Shown here in pieces: positions 52,674-63,900 of a stretch of DNA of 64,000 nucleotides. The translations under genes and the position numbers were made by a program. The stretch is from Gammaproteobacteria bacterium. Its GTDB lineage: Bacteria > Pseudomonadota > Gammaproteobacteria > Competibacterales > Competibacteraceae. The stretch spans positions 304,975 to 368,974 of the forward strand of contig JACKMZ010000002.1 in the NCBI GenBank assembly GCA_024235135.1. The letters are read 5' to 3'. Positions within the stretch are counted from its first letter, which is position 1. Every line of letters begins with the position of its first letter. The notes beneath the pieces are model-generated. The model saw only the letters and a list, made by a program, of their open reading frames with translations. It searched no databases and was not told where the DNA came from.

Positions 52674-53531
52674 TCATCCTAGCTCCCGATGACGCGTCAT
52701 GACATGTGGCCGCGCCTTGCGAAAATGATTGGCCAGCGCCTCGGCCATGTAGACCGAACGGTGTTGGCCGCCGGTACAGCCGATGGCGATGGTCAGATAA
52801 CTACGGTTACCCTTGTCGAAACAGGGAATCCAGGTTTCCAGAAAGCCCTGGAGGTCGGCGAGCATGTGCTTGACTTCAGGTTGTTGTTCGAGAAAAGCGA
52901 CGACGGCTTCGTCACGTCCCGTCAAGGCGCGGAGATGGGGTTGCCAGTGGGGATTGGGCAGACAACGCACATCGAACACAAAATCCCCGTGGGCCGGGAT
53001 GCCGTGCTTGAAACCGAAGGATTCGAAAAGGATGGACAGCGCGCCGAGCGGGGTGTCGTGTAAGCGGTTGCGGACCAGTTCCCGCAGTTGATGCACGTTG
53101 GTGTGGCTGGTATCGATGAGCAGATCGGCATGAGCGGCGATGGCGCCCAACAGCCGCCGTTCTTCCTGAATCGCCTCCAGCAGCGACACGCCATCTTCGC
53201 TCAGGGGATGCTTGCGCCGGGTATCGCTGTAACGCTTCAGCAGTGTATTGTCGGAGGCTTGCAGAAACAGGATCTCGACCGCGAGACCACTGTCCTGCAG
53301 GTCAGCCAGTACGCTGGGAAAGTTTTCCAGTTCATCCATGAAATTCCGCACGTCGATGCCCACCACGGTGTTACGGAACAGCCCATCCTCACGCGACAGA
53401 ATCTCCTGGACCAGGGGTTGCAAGAGCTTGACCGGAAGATTGTCGATGCAGTAGTAATCCAGATCCTCCAAGGTCTGCAAGGCGATGGTTTTGCCGGCCC
53501 CAGACAATCCGCTGACGACGATTAGGCGCAT
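52674..53531 (-). CDS. rapZ: RNase adaptor protein RapZ (YhbJ)
   Basis: It has the N-terminal P-loop 'VSGLSGAGKT' and is conserved next to ptsN/npr. Confidence 0.85.
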   Translation of the reverse strand: MRLIVVSGLSGAGKTIALQTLEDLDYYCIDNLPVKLLQPLVQEILSREDGLFRNTVVGIDVRNFMDELENFPSVLADLQDSGLAVEILFLQASDNTLLKRYSDTRRKHPLSEDGVSLLEAIQEERRLLGAIAAHADLLIDTSHTNVHQLRELVRNRLHDTPLGALSILFESFGFKHGIPAHGDFVFDVRCLPNPHWQPHLRALTGRDEAVVAFLEQQPEVKHMLADLQGFLETWIPCFDKGNRSYLTIAIGCTGGQHRSVYMAEALANHFRKARPHVMTRHRELG

Positions 53532-54460
53532 GATCCGTTCATCTCCTGTTGCAGGCGATCGTTCAACTCAAAGTCGGCGTGATAGCCGCCCAGGCGCTGG
53601 ATATGATCACGCACGGCGCATTCCACCAGGACAGCGAGGTTACGTCCCGGTGCGATAGGCAGGCTGAGTTGAGGTATGGCGACATCCAGCAGGGTACGGC
53701 TGGCGCGTGCGCCGTGCAGACGTTGTTCGGCAGGCAAATACATGTCTTCGGCGCGCTCCAGGTGGATGATCAGGCGGATACGTTTGTTGCGTTTGATGGC
53801 GCTGTCGCCGAACATGCGGCGAATATTCAAAATGCCCAGTCCGCGTACTTCCAGAAAATCCCGGAGGGCTGCGGGACAAGTCCCTTCCAACACATTGGGA
53901 GCGACCCGTTGCAACTGCGGGGTGTCGTCGGCGATCAGGCGATGGCCGCGACTGACCAGTTCCAGGGCCAGTTCGCTCTTGCCCGTTCCACTGGCTCCGG
54001 TGATGAGCACGCCCAGGCCGAACACTTCCAACAGTTCGCCGTGGATGACCAACGCCGGGCCGCAGCGGCGTTGATACTCATGCAGTTGTTCCAGGGCGGC
54101 GCCGGGCAATGCCGGCGTGTACCAGAGTGCCGTTTCCGCCGCATCAGCGGATTCCTTCAGGGCTTCGGCCGGTGTCATGGAGCCACAGACCAGCACCGCC
54201 ACCACGGGCGGGCTGAGTAGGCGATGAATCAAGGCATTGCGCGCGGACGGCTCCAGGGTTTGCAGGAAATGCCATTCTTCGATGCCAAGGATTTGTAACG
54301 GGGGAGGTTGCAGCCAATCCGGCCGCCCTAGCCGGATTGGCGTTGTGTCATCCGTTGCTTGTAAAACCCGTTCGGCCCCTGCCAGACCCCCTATCCAGCA
54401 AAGCTGAAGGATGGCCTGCAAAGCTTGAAAAAGGGTCTGGGCACGAATCGGCTCGCTCAT
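53522..54460 (-). CDS. hprK: HPr kinase/phosphorylase
   Basis: It has the Walker A motif 'GASGTGKSELALEL'. The start is trimmed to the internal ATG at 54460, to avoid overlapping ptsN as the ORF caller's start does. Confidence 0.8.
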   Translation of the reverse strand: MSEPIRAQTLFQALQAILQLCWIGGLAGAERVLQATDDTTPIRLGRPDWLQPPPLQILGIEEWHFLQTLEPSARNALIHRLLSPPVVAVLVCGSMTPAEALKESADAAETALWYTPALPGAALEQLHEYQRRCGPALVIHGELLEVFGLGVLITGASGTGKSELALELVSRGHRLIADDTPQLQRVAPNVLEGTCPAALRDFLEVRGLGILNIRRMFGDSAIKRNKRIRLIIHLERAEDMYLPAEQRLHGARASRTLLDVAIPQLSLPIAPGRNLAVLVECAVRDHIQRLGGYHADFELNDRLQQEMNGSCA

Positions 54461-54468
54461 GATAGGGG

Positions 54469-54951
54469 CTAGGATGCAGTGGAGGGTTTCCAGCGGCTGA
54501 GGCGATCGAACAGGCCCTCTTTTGATTCGGCGCTGCGCATTTGATCGCAAAAGGCTTCGTCGCTGAACATCTCGGCCAGATAAGCCAGGATTTTCAGATG
54601 TTCATCGGTAAAGTGGTCGGGAACCAGCAGGGCGAAGATCAAATCGACGGGCTGATGATCGATCGCATCGAAATCAATCCCTTCGCGCAGGGTGACAAAT
54701 GCCCCGATGGCTCCCTCAAGGCGGCCTAGGCGGCCATGGGGTAGAGCGACCCCATGGCCCAGACCCGTACTGCCCAGACGCTCCCGACCCACCAAGGTGT
54801 CGAAGACTTCCCTGGCTGTAAGATCGGGTTGATCCTGGGCGATCAGTTCGCCCAGCCATTCGAGACATCTTTTTTTGCTGGCTGTCTCACCAGCGCATAC
54901 GATGCGCCCGACAGTGAGCAAGTCTGTTATTTTCATACCGTTGAATGCCAA
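54469..54951 (-). CDS. ptsN: PTS IIA-like nitrogen regulatory protein PtsN (EIIA-Ntr)
   Basis: It is about 155 aa with the phosphorylatable His in 'GLGHGVALPHG'. Confidence 0.85.
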   Translation of the reverse strand: MAFNGMKITDLLTVGRIVCAGETASKKRCLEWLGELIAQDQPDLTAREVFDTLVGRERLGSTGLGHGVALPHGRLGRLEGAIGAFVTLREGIDFDAIDHQPVDLIFALLVPDHFTDEHLKILAYLAEMFSDEAFCDQMRSAESKEGLFDRLSRWKPSTAS

Positions 54952-54957
54952 TGGTGG

Positions 54958-55275
54958 CTAGGGATAGACGCGCGCCTTGTCGCTGCGGTGTTTGTCGCTT
55001 TGTTTCTCCTTGTATTTCTTAATTTGCCTATCGAGTTTATCGATGAGCGCGTCGATGGACGCATACATGTCTTCGTCTACGGCATCGGCATAGATATCGT
55101 TGCCGGCTAAATGGATGCGTGCTTCGGCCTTCTGGCGCAGTTTCTCGACGCTGAGAACGACATGCACCTGGGTCACATGGTCGAAATGCCGCTCAATGCG
55201 GTCCAATTTTTCATGTACATAGCTCCGCAAAGCCTCTGTGATTTCGATGTGGTGCCCAGTCATATTGATATGCAT
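54958..55275 (-). CDS. hpf: Ribosome hibernation promoting factor
   Basis: 'MHINMTGHHIEITEALRSYV' is the canonical HPF/YhbH N-terminus. A GAGGAG ribosome-binding site precedes it. Confidence 0.85.
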   Translation of the reverse strand: MHINMTGHHIEITEALRSYVHEKLDRIERHFDHVTQVHVVLSVEKLRQKAEARIHLAGNDIYADAVDEDMYASIDALIDKLDRQIKKYKEKQSDKHRSDKARVYP

Positions 55276-55340
55276 TATTAACTCCTCAACTGGCAGGTCT
55301 AGCTTCGATTCGCCCGAAGGCGCCCACGGCGCCCCGCCCA

Positions 55341-56810
55341 TTAGGCAAGGCGCTTGCGGTCGGTGGAGGATGGGATGGACATCACCTCCCGATATTTAGC
55401 TACGGTACGGCGCGCGACTTTGATGCCCCCCTCGGCGCTGAGACATTCAGCGATTTTGTGGTCACTCAGGGGTTTGCTCGGATTTTCTTGATCGATCAGT
55501 TTCTTGATCATGGCGCGGATGGCGACCGATGAACATTCGCCGCCATCGTTGGTGCCCACGTGGCTGGAGAAGAAGTATTTGAACTCATAGATGCCACGCG
55601 GCGTATGCATGTATTTCTGGGTGGTGACCCGGGAAATGGTCGATTCGTGCATGCCCATCGACTCGGCGATGTCCCTCAGCACCAGGGGACGCATGTATTC
55701 TTCGCCGTGCTCGAAAAAATCCCGCTGCCGCTCGATGATGCTGGTGGCGACCTTGAGCAGGGTCTCATTGCGGTTTTTCAGGCTTTTCAAAAACCACCGA
55801 GCTTCCTGTAAATGATTTTTCAGGTACATGTTATCGGCGCTGTTGTCGGCCCGCCGCACCAGTCGAGCATACTGGCTGTTGATGCGTAGCTTGGGCGTGC
55901 TGTCCGGGTTCAGATCGACGCGCCAAGTATTCTTGTAACGGTAAACGAAGACATCGGGAACGACGTATTGCGCTTCGCCGGAGGCGATTTGCGTGCCTGG
56001 CCGGGGATTGAGCGATTGGATCAGGTTGATGACGCCCTGAAGTTCCTCACGTGATACCTTGAGGCGGCGCATCAGGGTGTTGAAATCGCGACCCGCCAGC
56101 AATTCCAAGTGATAGGCGACCAATTCCTTGGCTTTGCCAAGACAAGGGGTATCGGCCGGCAATAGTTCCATTTGCAACAGTAAACACTCAGCTGGGGTAC
56201 GCGCCGCGATGCCGGGGGGATCGAAACGCTGAATGCGGTGCAATACCGCTTCCACTTCGCTCAGTTCCAGTTCGTGCTCCTGGCTCAACCCCTGGTGGAT
56301 ATCTTCCAGCGACAGCGACAAATACCCTGAATCGTCCACGGCATCGATGAGGGCCATGGCGATGCTTATATCGGTTTCGCTGAACGGCGTCAGGCGCATC
56401 TGCCAGAGCAGGTAATCGTGCAGGGATTCACCCTCGGCGGTACGCTGTTCGAAGGAGTCGCGCTGCTCATCGTCGTCGCGTGAGAAAGCCGTCGAACCGT
56501 CGTAGAAATCATCGACATCCTCCCACCCGCTTTCCACCGATGGCAATTCGCCGGCTTCTCCCTCGCTACTGGATTCCGCCGGGGTTTCGGTCTGCGTCTC
56601 TCGGGTATCGCTTCCATCGAAGGAATCGCCGACTGAAGGAGCCTCAAGATGCTGTTCGTCGGTTCTTTCCAGCATCAAGTTGGATTCCAAAACTTGCTGG
56701 ATCTCCGTTTGCAAATCCAGACTGGAAAGTTGCAACAAGCGGATGGCCTGCTGCAACTGAGGGGTCATGGTCAGTTGATGACCGATCCGTAATTGTAAGG
56801 ACTGCCTCAT
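55341..56810 (-). CDS. rpoN: RNA polymerase sigma-54 factor
   Basis: It has a Gln-rich N-terminus, an acidic region and the C-terminal RpoN box 'ARRTVAKYRE'. Confidence 0.95.
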   Translation of the reverse strand: MRQSLQLRIGHQLTMTPQLQQAIRLLQLSSLDLQTEIQQVLESNLMLERTDEQHLEAPSVGDSFDGSDTRETQTETPAESSSEGEAGELPSVESGWEDVDDFYDGSTAFSRDDDEQRDSFEQRTAEGESLHDYLLWQMRLTPFSETDISIAMALIDAVDDSGYLSLSLEDIHQGLSQEHELELSEVEAVLHRIQRFDPPGIAARTPAECLLLQMELLPADTPCLGKAKELVAYHLELLAGRDFNTLMRRLKVSREELQGVINLIQSLNPRPGTQIASGEAQYVVPDVFVYRYKNTWRVDLNPDSTPKLRINSQYARLVRRADNSADNMYLKNHLQEARWFLKSLKNRNETLLKVATSIIERQRDFFEHGEEYMRPLVLRDIAESMGMHESTISRVTTQKYMHTPRGIYEFKYFFSSHVGTNDGGECSSVAIRAMIKKLIDQENPSKPLSDHKIAECLSAEGGIKVARRTVAKYREVMSIPSSTDRKRLA

Positions 56811-56959
56811 GGCCCAGAAAGCCTAGAAATTTTATGAACTTGCATGATCCCGCCCGTTCTGGAGAATTGCGCTGTCGTTCCTACAATATAGCAGGTATCG
56901 TGCCAGTGGGAAGAATCATAAACTGGCCTGGTCTGATAAATTGACCAAAAGTACCCGTG

Positions 56960-57685
56960 CTACAGTCGGAAAGATTCACCCAAATACACCTCGCGGACTT
57001 GTCGATCGGCTAGGATCTCCTTTGGAGTGCCTTCGGAGATCACATGTCCGTCATTCAGAATATAGGCCCGATCGCAGATGCCAAGGGTTTCCCGCACATT
57101 GTGGTCGGTGATCAGCACACCGATTTGCCGTTCGCAGAGGTGTTGGATGATGCGTTGAATATCCAGCACCGAGATCGGGTCCACGCCCGCGAAGGGCTCG
57201 TCGAGAAGCACGAAATGCGGATCGGCCGCCAGCGCCCGGGCGATTTCCACGCGCCGACGTTCGCCTCCGGACAGGCTGAGTCCGAGTTGATCGCGCAAGT
57301 GATTGACGTGCAGTTCGTGCAAGAGATCCTCGGCTCGGCCGATACGGGCGCTGCGACTCAGGTCCCGGCGGGTTTCCAGAATCGCCAGCACGTTGTCGAA
57401 CACGGTGAGCTTGCGGAATACGGAGGGCTCCTGGGGCAGGTAGCTGAGCCCCAATTGCGCACGCTTGTGTACCGGCATCCGGGTGATGTCCCTGCCATTG
57501 AGCAGAACTCGCCCTTCATCGCAGGGCGTCAGGCCGACGATCATGTAGAAACAGGTGGTTTTTCCCGCGCCATTGGGTCCGAGCAGACCGACCGCTTCTC
57601 CGCTGTCCACCCAGAGTGAGGCGGCATCGACCACGCAACGTTTCTTATATCGCTTGACGATTTCCTTGACGACCAGTTCGGGCAT
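56960..57685 (-). CDS. lptB: LPS export ABC transporter ATP-binding protein
   Basis: It has the Walker A motif 'GPNGAGKTT', the signature '[13 protein letters not shown]' and the Walker B motif '[11 protein letters not shown]'. Confidence 0.9.
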   Translation of the reverse strand: MPELVVKEIVKRYKKRCVVDAASLWVDSGEAVGLLGPNGAGKTTCFYMIVGLTPCDEGRVLLNGRDITRMPVHKRAQLGLSYLPQEPSVFRKLTVFDNVLAILETRRDLSRSARIGRAEDLLHELHVNHLRDQLGLSLSGGERRRVEIARALAADPHFVLLDEPFAGVDPISVLDIQRIIQHLCERQIGVLITDHNVRETLGICDRAYILNDGHVISEGTPKEILADRQVREVYLGESFRL

Positions 57686-58194
57686 CAGGGTCCACCGACC
57701 TTTGCGGTTTCCGGTTGAATGATGAACTCGATGCGCTTGCCCTTGTCGCTGTTGGCCTTGACCTGGTCTTTGGTGAGGTCGTATTCGATGCGATCTCCGG
57801 TAAAGCTGTCCTTGCCCTGGATGACCTTGGCGTTGATCGTCATCACGACCCTCGCGGTGCTGGCATTGTATTCGACGCGCTGGCCGTAGCCCTGAATCTC
57901 GGGTTTATCGACACTGGGTTTGTAACGCAGTTGCACGGGTTTGCCCACGGCCTCCATGCGTTCAAAGCGGCCATCCTTGAAGTAGATGGTTGCGGTGGCG
58001 GCCTCCATGCGCATGGAACCCTGCGAGATGACGACGTTGCCGCGATAGACGCTGATGCCGGTTTTCTGATCCAACTCACCACTGTCCGCTTCCAGACGGA
58101 TGGGTTGCTGGCGATCGTCCGGCAGCGCCCAGACGTCGATCGATAGGAGCAACAGCCAACACAGCAAGCTGCCTTCAAGGGCGAGGCGGTGCAT
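57685..58194 (-). CDS. lptA: LPS transport periplasmic protein LptA
   Basis: It has a signal peptide and the OstA-like N-domain. Its position between lptC and lptB supports the call. Confidence 0.75.
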   Translation of the reverse strand: MHRLALEGSLLCWLLLLSIDVWALPDDRQQPIRLEADSGELDQKTGISVYRGNVVISQGSMRMEAATATIYFKDGRFERMEAVGKPVQLRYKPSVDKPEIQGYGQRVEYNASTARVVMTINAKVIQGKDSFTGDRIEYDLTKDQVKANSDKGKRIEFIIQPETAKVGGP

Positions 58195-58741
58195 AGACAC
58201 TGCGTACAGCGGAGAGTAATTCCACACGTTCTTCATTCCAATAAGCTCTCAGGCCGGTGGCGTCGAGCACGCCGCCGGGGGTTTGAGCATGTACGGCCGC
58301 GTCGGTTTCCGCCAACCCCTGCTTGGGATAGACCAGTACATGCTCGGTGGTAATGGTAACGGGTTGTTCGCCGCTCTCGGCGGGGCGGGTGAGGGTAACG
58401 CCCTCGTCCAGCCGTAAGGTCTCTTTGTCCGCCGCCAGCCACCCCTTCTGCGCCTGCACCAGCCATTCCCGGATTTGGCCATCGCGCAACGCCTCGAAGC
58501 GGGGCTGCGCGATCCGGGTGCCCTGCTGTCCCGGCAATTGGATCAGATGCGGGGCCGCCAGGGTGTATTGGCGCAGCCCTTGATCGTCGGTGCTGACGGC
58601 CTGAAAGTTATCCACATACAGGGTCGGGGCTTGGTTACCCTGTGGCCCGGTGCCGTGCAACGTGGATTCCACCGTGAAGAACAGCCAACCGCTCATAAAG
58701 GCTAGCAGCAGAAGGGCAAGAACATAGCCGACACTGTTCAT
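58175..58741 (-). CDS. lptC: LPS export system protein LptC
   Basis: It has an N-terminal TM anchor and a periplasmic LptC fold. Its position upstream of lptA supports the call. Confidence 0.7.
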   Translation of the reverse strand: MNSVGYVLALLLLAFMSGWLFFTVESTLHGTGPQGNQAPTLYVDNFQAVSTDDQGLRQYTLAAPHLIQLPGQQGTRIAQPRFEALRDGQIREWLVQAQKGWLAADKETLRLDEGVTLTRPAESGEQPVTITTEHVLVYPKQGLAETDAAVHAQTPGGVLDATGLRAYWNEERVELLSAVRSVYAPPRP

Positions 58742-58790
58742 AAGCCGATATGCAACGAAAGAAGGGTCGCCGCAGAGTGATGCGCTACTA

Positions 58791-59366
58791 TCATCGAAGT
58801 TGGGTATCCGAAGGAGTGTCCGAGGCCGAGACGGGCCAACAGGCGGCCTGTTCGCTTGCCAAGTGGTTCTGCGCTAAAAGAATCAGTTCGCACACATCGC
58901 GTACCGCTCCCAATCCACCGCGATGGGGCGTTCGCCAGTGGGCGTGGCGTAGTACGAAAGCGTCCGCGTCCGCGACCGCGACCGCCAGCCCAACCCGCGC
59001 CATCACGGGCAGATCGACGATGTCGTCTCCTACGTAGGCGGTTTGTTCGGGCCGCAGGGCGAGCTCCTCAAGCAGTTTCGTGTAGGCGATGATTTTGTCG
59101 GCGATGCCCTGGTACACGTGACGCACGCTCAGTTCGGCCATACGCCGGGTTACGGCGGCGGACGTACGACCGGAAATGATGGCGATGTCCACGCCATGAG
59201 CCTGCAGCATTTTCAGACCGTGACCGTCGCGGCTGTGGAAGGCCTTGAATTCACGTCCGTCGTCGCCGAAAAAAAGGCGGCCATCGGTCAATACGCCATC
59301 GACATCCAGTATCAGCAGGCGAATGCGCGCGGCCTTTTTCACTACGGACTCGGCAGTCTCGTTCAT
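58791..59366 (-). CDS. kdsC: 3-deoxy-D-manno-octulosonate 8-phosphate phosphatase
   Basis: It has HAD motif I 'LILDVDGVLTDG'. Its position upstream of lptC supports the call. Confidence 0.85.
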   Translation of the reverse strand: MNETAESVVKKAARIRLLILDVDGVLTDGRLFFGDDGREFKAFHSRDGHGLKMLQAHGVDIAIISGRTSAAVTRRMAELSVRHVYQGIADKIIAYTKLLEELALRPEQTAYVGDDIVDLPVMARVGLAVAVADADAFVLRHAHWRTPHRGGLGAVRDVCELILLAQNHLASEQAACWPVSASDTPSDTQLR

Positions 59367-59792
59367 TGAACACTTTTTATCGGGATTTAGGTGGGTTCAC
59401 AATGGTTATGACAGCCTGTCGGCGGGTTGTATGCATTCATTGTCATGCAAACCCGGATTTCATGAATAGGCGTCGCCTTCCGTTTCGGGGTTCAAGCAAC
59501 CGGTCACGGGCATCGCTAGCCTGTCGCTTGAGTATTCGTTCGATCCGTCATCGGTTTGGGATACCCCTGAACTTGTTATCATAAACGCGATCATCCCGGT
59601 TGCCAGCGGAACATCGGATCGGGCGCCACCGGGACGAGCGAGCGACCCCAGGCGGTCACGCCGTCGTTTTCCGTCGTACCCTGGGCCAGGGAGAAGCAGC
59701 CGCTGGCCTGTCTCGGAGTCCTGCATGAGTCATACGATACGCATTCGGGGAACGTTGTGACATACCCATCCAGCCGTGAACGAATCATCATC

Positions 59793-60530
59793 ATGACTGG
59801 CGCCAGTCGAGGTCTGGGGCGAGTCATGGCCCTGAATCTGGCTCGGCAAGGCGCCGTCGTCGCGGCTGTGGCGCGCGCCGTATCGGTCGAGGCCGACGAG
59901 AACGACCTCGCGGCTACGGTGCGGCAGATCCAGGCGGCGGGCGGCCGGGCGTTGGCCATTGCCGCGGACGTGCGCGACGAGGCCCAAGTCCAGGCCATGG
60001 CTGAACAAGTTGTCAAACAATACGGGTGCGTCGACGTGCTGGTGAACAACGCCGGTCTGATGATCGGGGACAAGGCGTTCGCGGATATTTCGCCCGCGCT
60101 TTGGAGTCGCGTGCTGGATACCAATCTGCGCGGGGCTTATCTTTGTTGTCGCGCGGTATTACCGGCGATGCGCCAACAGGGGCATGGCGTCATCGTCAAT
60201 ATCACGTCCGGAGCCGCGGTGCGCACGGGGTTTCTCAATATCGCCTATGGGGTATCCAAGGCGGGGCTGGATCGTCTCACATTCGGTTTGGCCGACGAGT
60301 TGCGGGATGCCGGCATCGCTTGTATTTCGCTGTCGCCGCCGGTCAGCGCCACCGACTCGGTGCGCCGAATGTATGCCGGCCGGGATGTGGACGCCTGGGC
60401 GCAGCCTCCTGAACTGACGGCTCAGGCTTTGAGTGCGTTGCTGGACGACGACCCTTGGCAATACACGGGCCAGGTCTTGTCCGTGCGCGAATATTTGCGG
60501 TCCAAAGGACTGATGCCACCGGTCGGTTGA
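59793..60530 (+). CDS. SDR-family oxidoreductase
   Basis: It has 'TGASRGLG', 'NNAG' and 'YGVSKAG'. Confidence 0.7.
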   Translation: MTGASRGLGRVMALNLARQGAVVAAVARAVSVEADENDLAATVRQIQAAGGRALAIAADVRDEAQVQAMAEQVVKQYGCVDVLVNNAGLMIGDKAFADISPALWSRVLDTNLRGAYLCCRAVLPAMRQQGHGVIVNITSGAAVRTGFLNIAYGVSKAGLDRLTFGLADELRDAGIACISLSPPVSATDSVRRMYAGRDVDAWAQPPELTAQALSALLDDDPWQYTGQVLSVREYLRSKGLMPPVG

Positions 60531-60628
60531 GCGTCCGGTTTCAACCGGTTGTTCCAACCCGCCTCCTGGCGCGTAAACTGATCTTGAGACCGAATAGTCG
60601 AAACAATCGAAGCGATGGAGCGGTGCAC

Positions 60629-62056
60629 ATGGTCATACTCCGCGTTTTAGGGTCGGTATTGTTACTGGGCTGTTTTGCCCTGTCTGTCCAGGGCGACATG
60701 GTGAAAGGTACGGTGGTGGTGCTGGAGTTGGATGGCGCTATCGGTCCAGCCACCAGCGATTTCGTACTGCGCGGCCTGCAGGACGCCCAAGCGGCAGGCT
60801 CCAAGCTGGTGGTTTTGCGCCTGGATACCCCCGGTGGGCTGGATACTTCCATGCGGGACATCATCCGCGCCATCCTCGGCTCCACCGTGCCGGTAGCGAC
60901 CTATGTGGCGCCCAGTGGCGCGCGCGCCGCCAGCGCCGGTACTTACATCCTGTACGCCAGCCACCTGGCCGTCATGGCGCCGGCGACTAATTTGGGCGCC
61001 GCGACACCGGTGCAGATCGGTGGTTTGCCCATACCCGGCGGTGGCGACAACCCGCCCGAGAAGCCGGAGCAACAGCCCCCTGCTGCCTCGGCGCCGGAAC
61101 CGACCCAGGACAAGCCGGCCGAGCCCGCGCCGGAACAACCGGCCGCCGCTCCTGAATCGGCGATGGAGCGCAAGCTGGTCAACGATGCACGGGCCTATCT
61201 GCGATCACTCGCGCAATTACGCCAGCGTAACGTCGAGTGGGCCGACGAGGCGGTGACGCAAGGCGCGAGTCTCAGCGCCGAAGAGGCATTGCGGCGCGGC
61301 GTCATCGATTTCATCGCCAGCGACCTGGGCGATCTGCTTGCGCAAGCGAACGGTCGGGTCGTGCGCATCGCTCAGCGCGGCTACACTTTGGAAACCGCCA
61401 ACGCCCGCGTGCAAACGGTAACACCGGACTGGCGCAGCCGGTTGCTGGCCGTCATCACTCACCCCCAGGTCGCGTATATTCTGTTGCTGCTGGGGGTGTA
61501 CGGCCTGTTTTTCGAACTCTCCAACCCCGGTTCCCTGGCGCCGGGGGTTCTGGGTGGAATTTCCCTGCTGTTGGCGCTGTTCGCCTTTCAGGTGTTGCCG
61601 ATCAATTATGCCGGTCTGGCCCTGCTGATCCTCGGCTTGCTGTTCATGATCGGCGAAGCGTTCGTGCCCAGTTTTGGGGCGTTGGGCTTGGGCGGGGTAG
61701 TCGCTTTCGTCGTGGGATCGCTGATGCTGTGGGATGAAACAGGGCCGGGCTATGACATTCCCATCGGGCTGATTTTCGGATTCGCGCTGGCCAGCGCCGT
61801 GCTGCTGGTGGGATTGGGGACGATGCTGGTTCGACAGCGGCGGCGTCCGCTGGTGAGCGGCGACGCCATCCTGGCCGATGCTCCGGGCGTGGTGCTGGAA
61901 GCCTTCGAGAATGGTCAGGGCTGGGTGCGGGTCCAGGGCGAGACCTGGCGCGCCCACAGCACCGAACCGTTGCGACCGGGCGATTCGGTACGCGTGGCCG
62001 GGCGCGACGGTTTAGTGCTTTTCGTGCAAACGAACAAGGGGATGACCCATGCTTAA
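60629..62056 (+). CDS. NfeD-family membrane-bound serine protease (ClpP-class)
   Basis: It has a signal peptide, a ClpP/S49-like domain, a Pro/Ala-rich linker, multi-TM segments and a C-terminal OB domain. It overlaps the downstream stomatin gene by 8 bp. Confidence 0.8.
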   Translation: MVILRVLGSVLLLGCFALSVQGDMVKGTVVVLELDGAIGPATSDFVLRGLQDAQAAGSKLVVLRLDTPGGLDTSMRDIIRAILGSTVPVATYVAPSGARAASAGTYILYASHLAVMAPATNLGAATPVQIGGLPIPGGGDNPPEKPEQQPPAASAPEPTQDKPAEPAPEQPAAAPESAMERKLVNDARAYLRSLAQLRQRNVEWADEAVTQGASLSAEEALRRGVIDFIASDLGDLLAQANGRVVRIAQRGYTLETANARVQTVTPDWRSRLLAVITHPQVAYILLLLGVYGLFFELSNPGSLAPGVLGGISLLLALFAFQVLPINYAGLALLILGLLFMIGEAFVPSFGALGLGGVVAFVVGSLMLWDETGPGYDIPIGLIFGFALASAVLLVGLGTMLVRQRRRPLVSGDAILADAPGVVLEAFENGQGWVRVQGETWRAHSTEPLRPGDSVRVAGRDGLVLFVQTNKGMTHA

Positions 62057-62819
62057 TATATTTACCGTGGCGCTGATCTTCATCGTGGTTTTGTTTTTCG
62101 CCTCCATCAAGATCCTGCGTGAGTACGATCGTGGCGTCGTGTTTTTTCTGGGACGCTTTCAGGCCGTCAAGGGGCCGGGGCTGATCGTCATCGTTCCCGT
62201 TATTCAACAAATGGTGCGGGTGGATTTACGCACCGTGGTCATGGATGTGCCCAGTCAGGACGTGATTTCCCGCGACAATGTGTCGGTCAAGGTGAACGCG
62301 GTGGTGTATTTCCGGGTCATGGACCCGCAACGCGCCATCATTCAAGTGGAGGACTACTACGCCGCGACCAGCCAGTTGGCGCAGACGACCCTGCGTTCGG
62401 TTCTGGGTCAACACGAACTGGACGAAATGCTGGCCGAGCGGGAAAAGCTCAACAAGGACATTCAGGCCATCCTTGATGACCAAACCGATACCTGGGGCAT
62501 CAAGGTGTCCAATGTGGAAATCAAGCACGTCGATCTGGACGCCAGCATGGTGCGGGCCATCGCCCGCCAGGCCGAGGCCGAGCGCGAACGCCGCGCCAAG
62601 GTGATCAACGCCGAAGGCGAATACCAGGCCGCCGAGCGTTTGTTGCAGGCTGCCGATATCATCGCCCGTCAGCCGCAGGCCCTGCAACTACGCTATCTGC
62701 AGACCTTGAACGACATAGCCGGCGTCAACAATTCCACCGTGGTGTTTCCGATCCCGTTGGATTTGCTCAAGCCACTGTTTCAGGCGGGCCAGCGTCCTGA
62801 CAGAGCGTCCGACGATTAG
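62049..62819 (+). CDS. Stomatin-like SPFH/Band-7 protein (slipin)
   Basis: It has an N-terminal TM segment and a PHB domain ('[18 protein letters not shown]'). It forms an operon with NfeD. Confidence 0.85.
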   Translation: MLNIFTVALIFIVVLFFASIKILREYDRGVVFFLGRFQAVKGPGLIVIVPVIQQMVRVDLRTVVMDVPSQDVISRDNVSVKVNAVVYFRVMDPQRAIIQVEDYYAATSQLAQTTLRSVLGQHELDEMLAEREKLNKDIQAILDDQTDTWGIKVSNVEIKHVDLDASMVRAIARQAEAERERRAKVINAEGEYQAAERLLQAADIIARQPQALQLRYLQTLNDIAGVNNSTVVFPIPLDLLKPLFQAGQRPDRASDD

Positions 62820-62872
62820 ATGCCGTCGTTCAGCGTTTCAATGGCCGAGCGGCCACCGGCGCAGCGTCCCGA

Positions 62873-63700
62873 ATGAGCGGCTTATTCGGCCTCATCGTCG
62901 GGTTTTCCCTGGGCTTGACCGGGGGTGGCGGTTCCATATTCGCCGTGCCGTTGCTGGTCTACGGACTGGCCGTGCCGGTGCATCAAGCCGTGATGCTGTC
63001 CCTGGCGACGGTGGGCTCCATGTCTCTGGTTGGGGCGATCAGCCATCTGCGGCGCGGCGCCGCGGATTGGAAAACCGGCTTTATCTTCGGCGTGGCGGGC
63101 ATCGTCGGTGCGCCGCTGGGTACTTGGCTGGGCGCCAAACTGTCCGGCGCCTGGCTGTTGACCGGTTTTGCGTTGTTGATGCTAGGGGTTGCCACGCGTT
63201 TGTGGTTGCAGGCCAGCCGACACCCGGAGCAGACGCAGGTGGTGCGCGCCACGCCGGCCGACGTAGCGGGGACGGGGCCACATTGCCGCGTCGATCCGAC
63301 GGGTCATCTGCGCTTGTCTTCCCGTTGTTTGATGGTGCTGATACTGAGTGGCGTCGTAACCGGGGTGTTGGCGGGCCTGTTCGGCGTCGGCGGAGGATTT
63401 CTCATCGTCCCGGCGTTGGTGTTGATCGTGGCTTTGCCCATGCAGCGGGCGGTAGCGACATCCTTGCTGATCATCGCGATTATCAGCGTGGGCGGCGTGC
63501 TTTCGCACCTGCTGGCAGGCCAGTCCCTGAACGGGTCGATGGTGATCGGATTTCTCGGCGGGGGTCTTCTGGGGATGGCGCTGGGGATGGCGTTGGGACG
63601 GCGTTTGGCGGGTCCGCTGTTGCAGCGCCTATTCGCCGTGATGATGGTGAGCGTGGCGGTGTTCATGCTGGCGCATGGTGCGTTGCACGGCGCCGCTTGA
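62873..63700 (+). CDS. TauE/SafE-family sulfite/anion exporter
   Basis: It has two 4-TM repeats with a Gly-rich 'GVGGGFLIVPAL' motif. Confidence 0.8.
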   Translation: MSGLFGLIVGFSLGLTGGGGSIFAVPLLVYGLAVPVHQAVMLSLATVGSMSLVGAISHLRRGAADWKTGFIFGVAGIVGAPLGTWLGAKLSGAWLLTGFALLMLGVATRLWLQASRHPEQTQVVRATPADVAGTGPHCRVDPTGHLRLSSRCLMVLILSGVVTGVLAGLFGVGGGFLIVPALVLIVALPMQRAVATSLLIIAIISVGGVLSHLLAGQSLNGSMVIGFLGGGLLGMALGMALGRRLAGPLLQRLFAVMMVSVAVFMLAHGALHGAA

Positions 63701-63717
63701 AACATCCAGACCGACGC

Positions 63718-63900
63718 TCAATGGCGCAGGACCAGCCAGCCCACCCCGAGTATCAGCACGGCCAACAGCGCCACGCTCAAAGCCGTCATGCCAATCACCC
63801 AACCCTTGCCGTGTGATGTTTTGGGTTTACTGGCCATGATCCGGGTCACCGGCTCGGTATTCGGCTCGGGGGGCGGCGTTCTCCGCAAGCGAGCCTGCAT
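63718..63900 (-). CDS. Small hypothetical membrane protein
   Basis: It is 60 aa with a C-terminal TM segment. There is no homology I recognise. Confidence 0.25.
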   Translation of the reverse strand: MQARLRRTPPPEPNTEPVTRIMASKPKTSHGKGWVIGMTALSVALLAVLILGVGWLVLRH

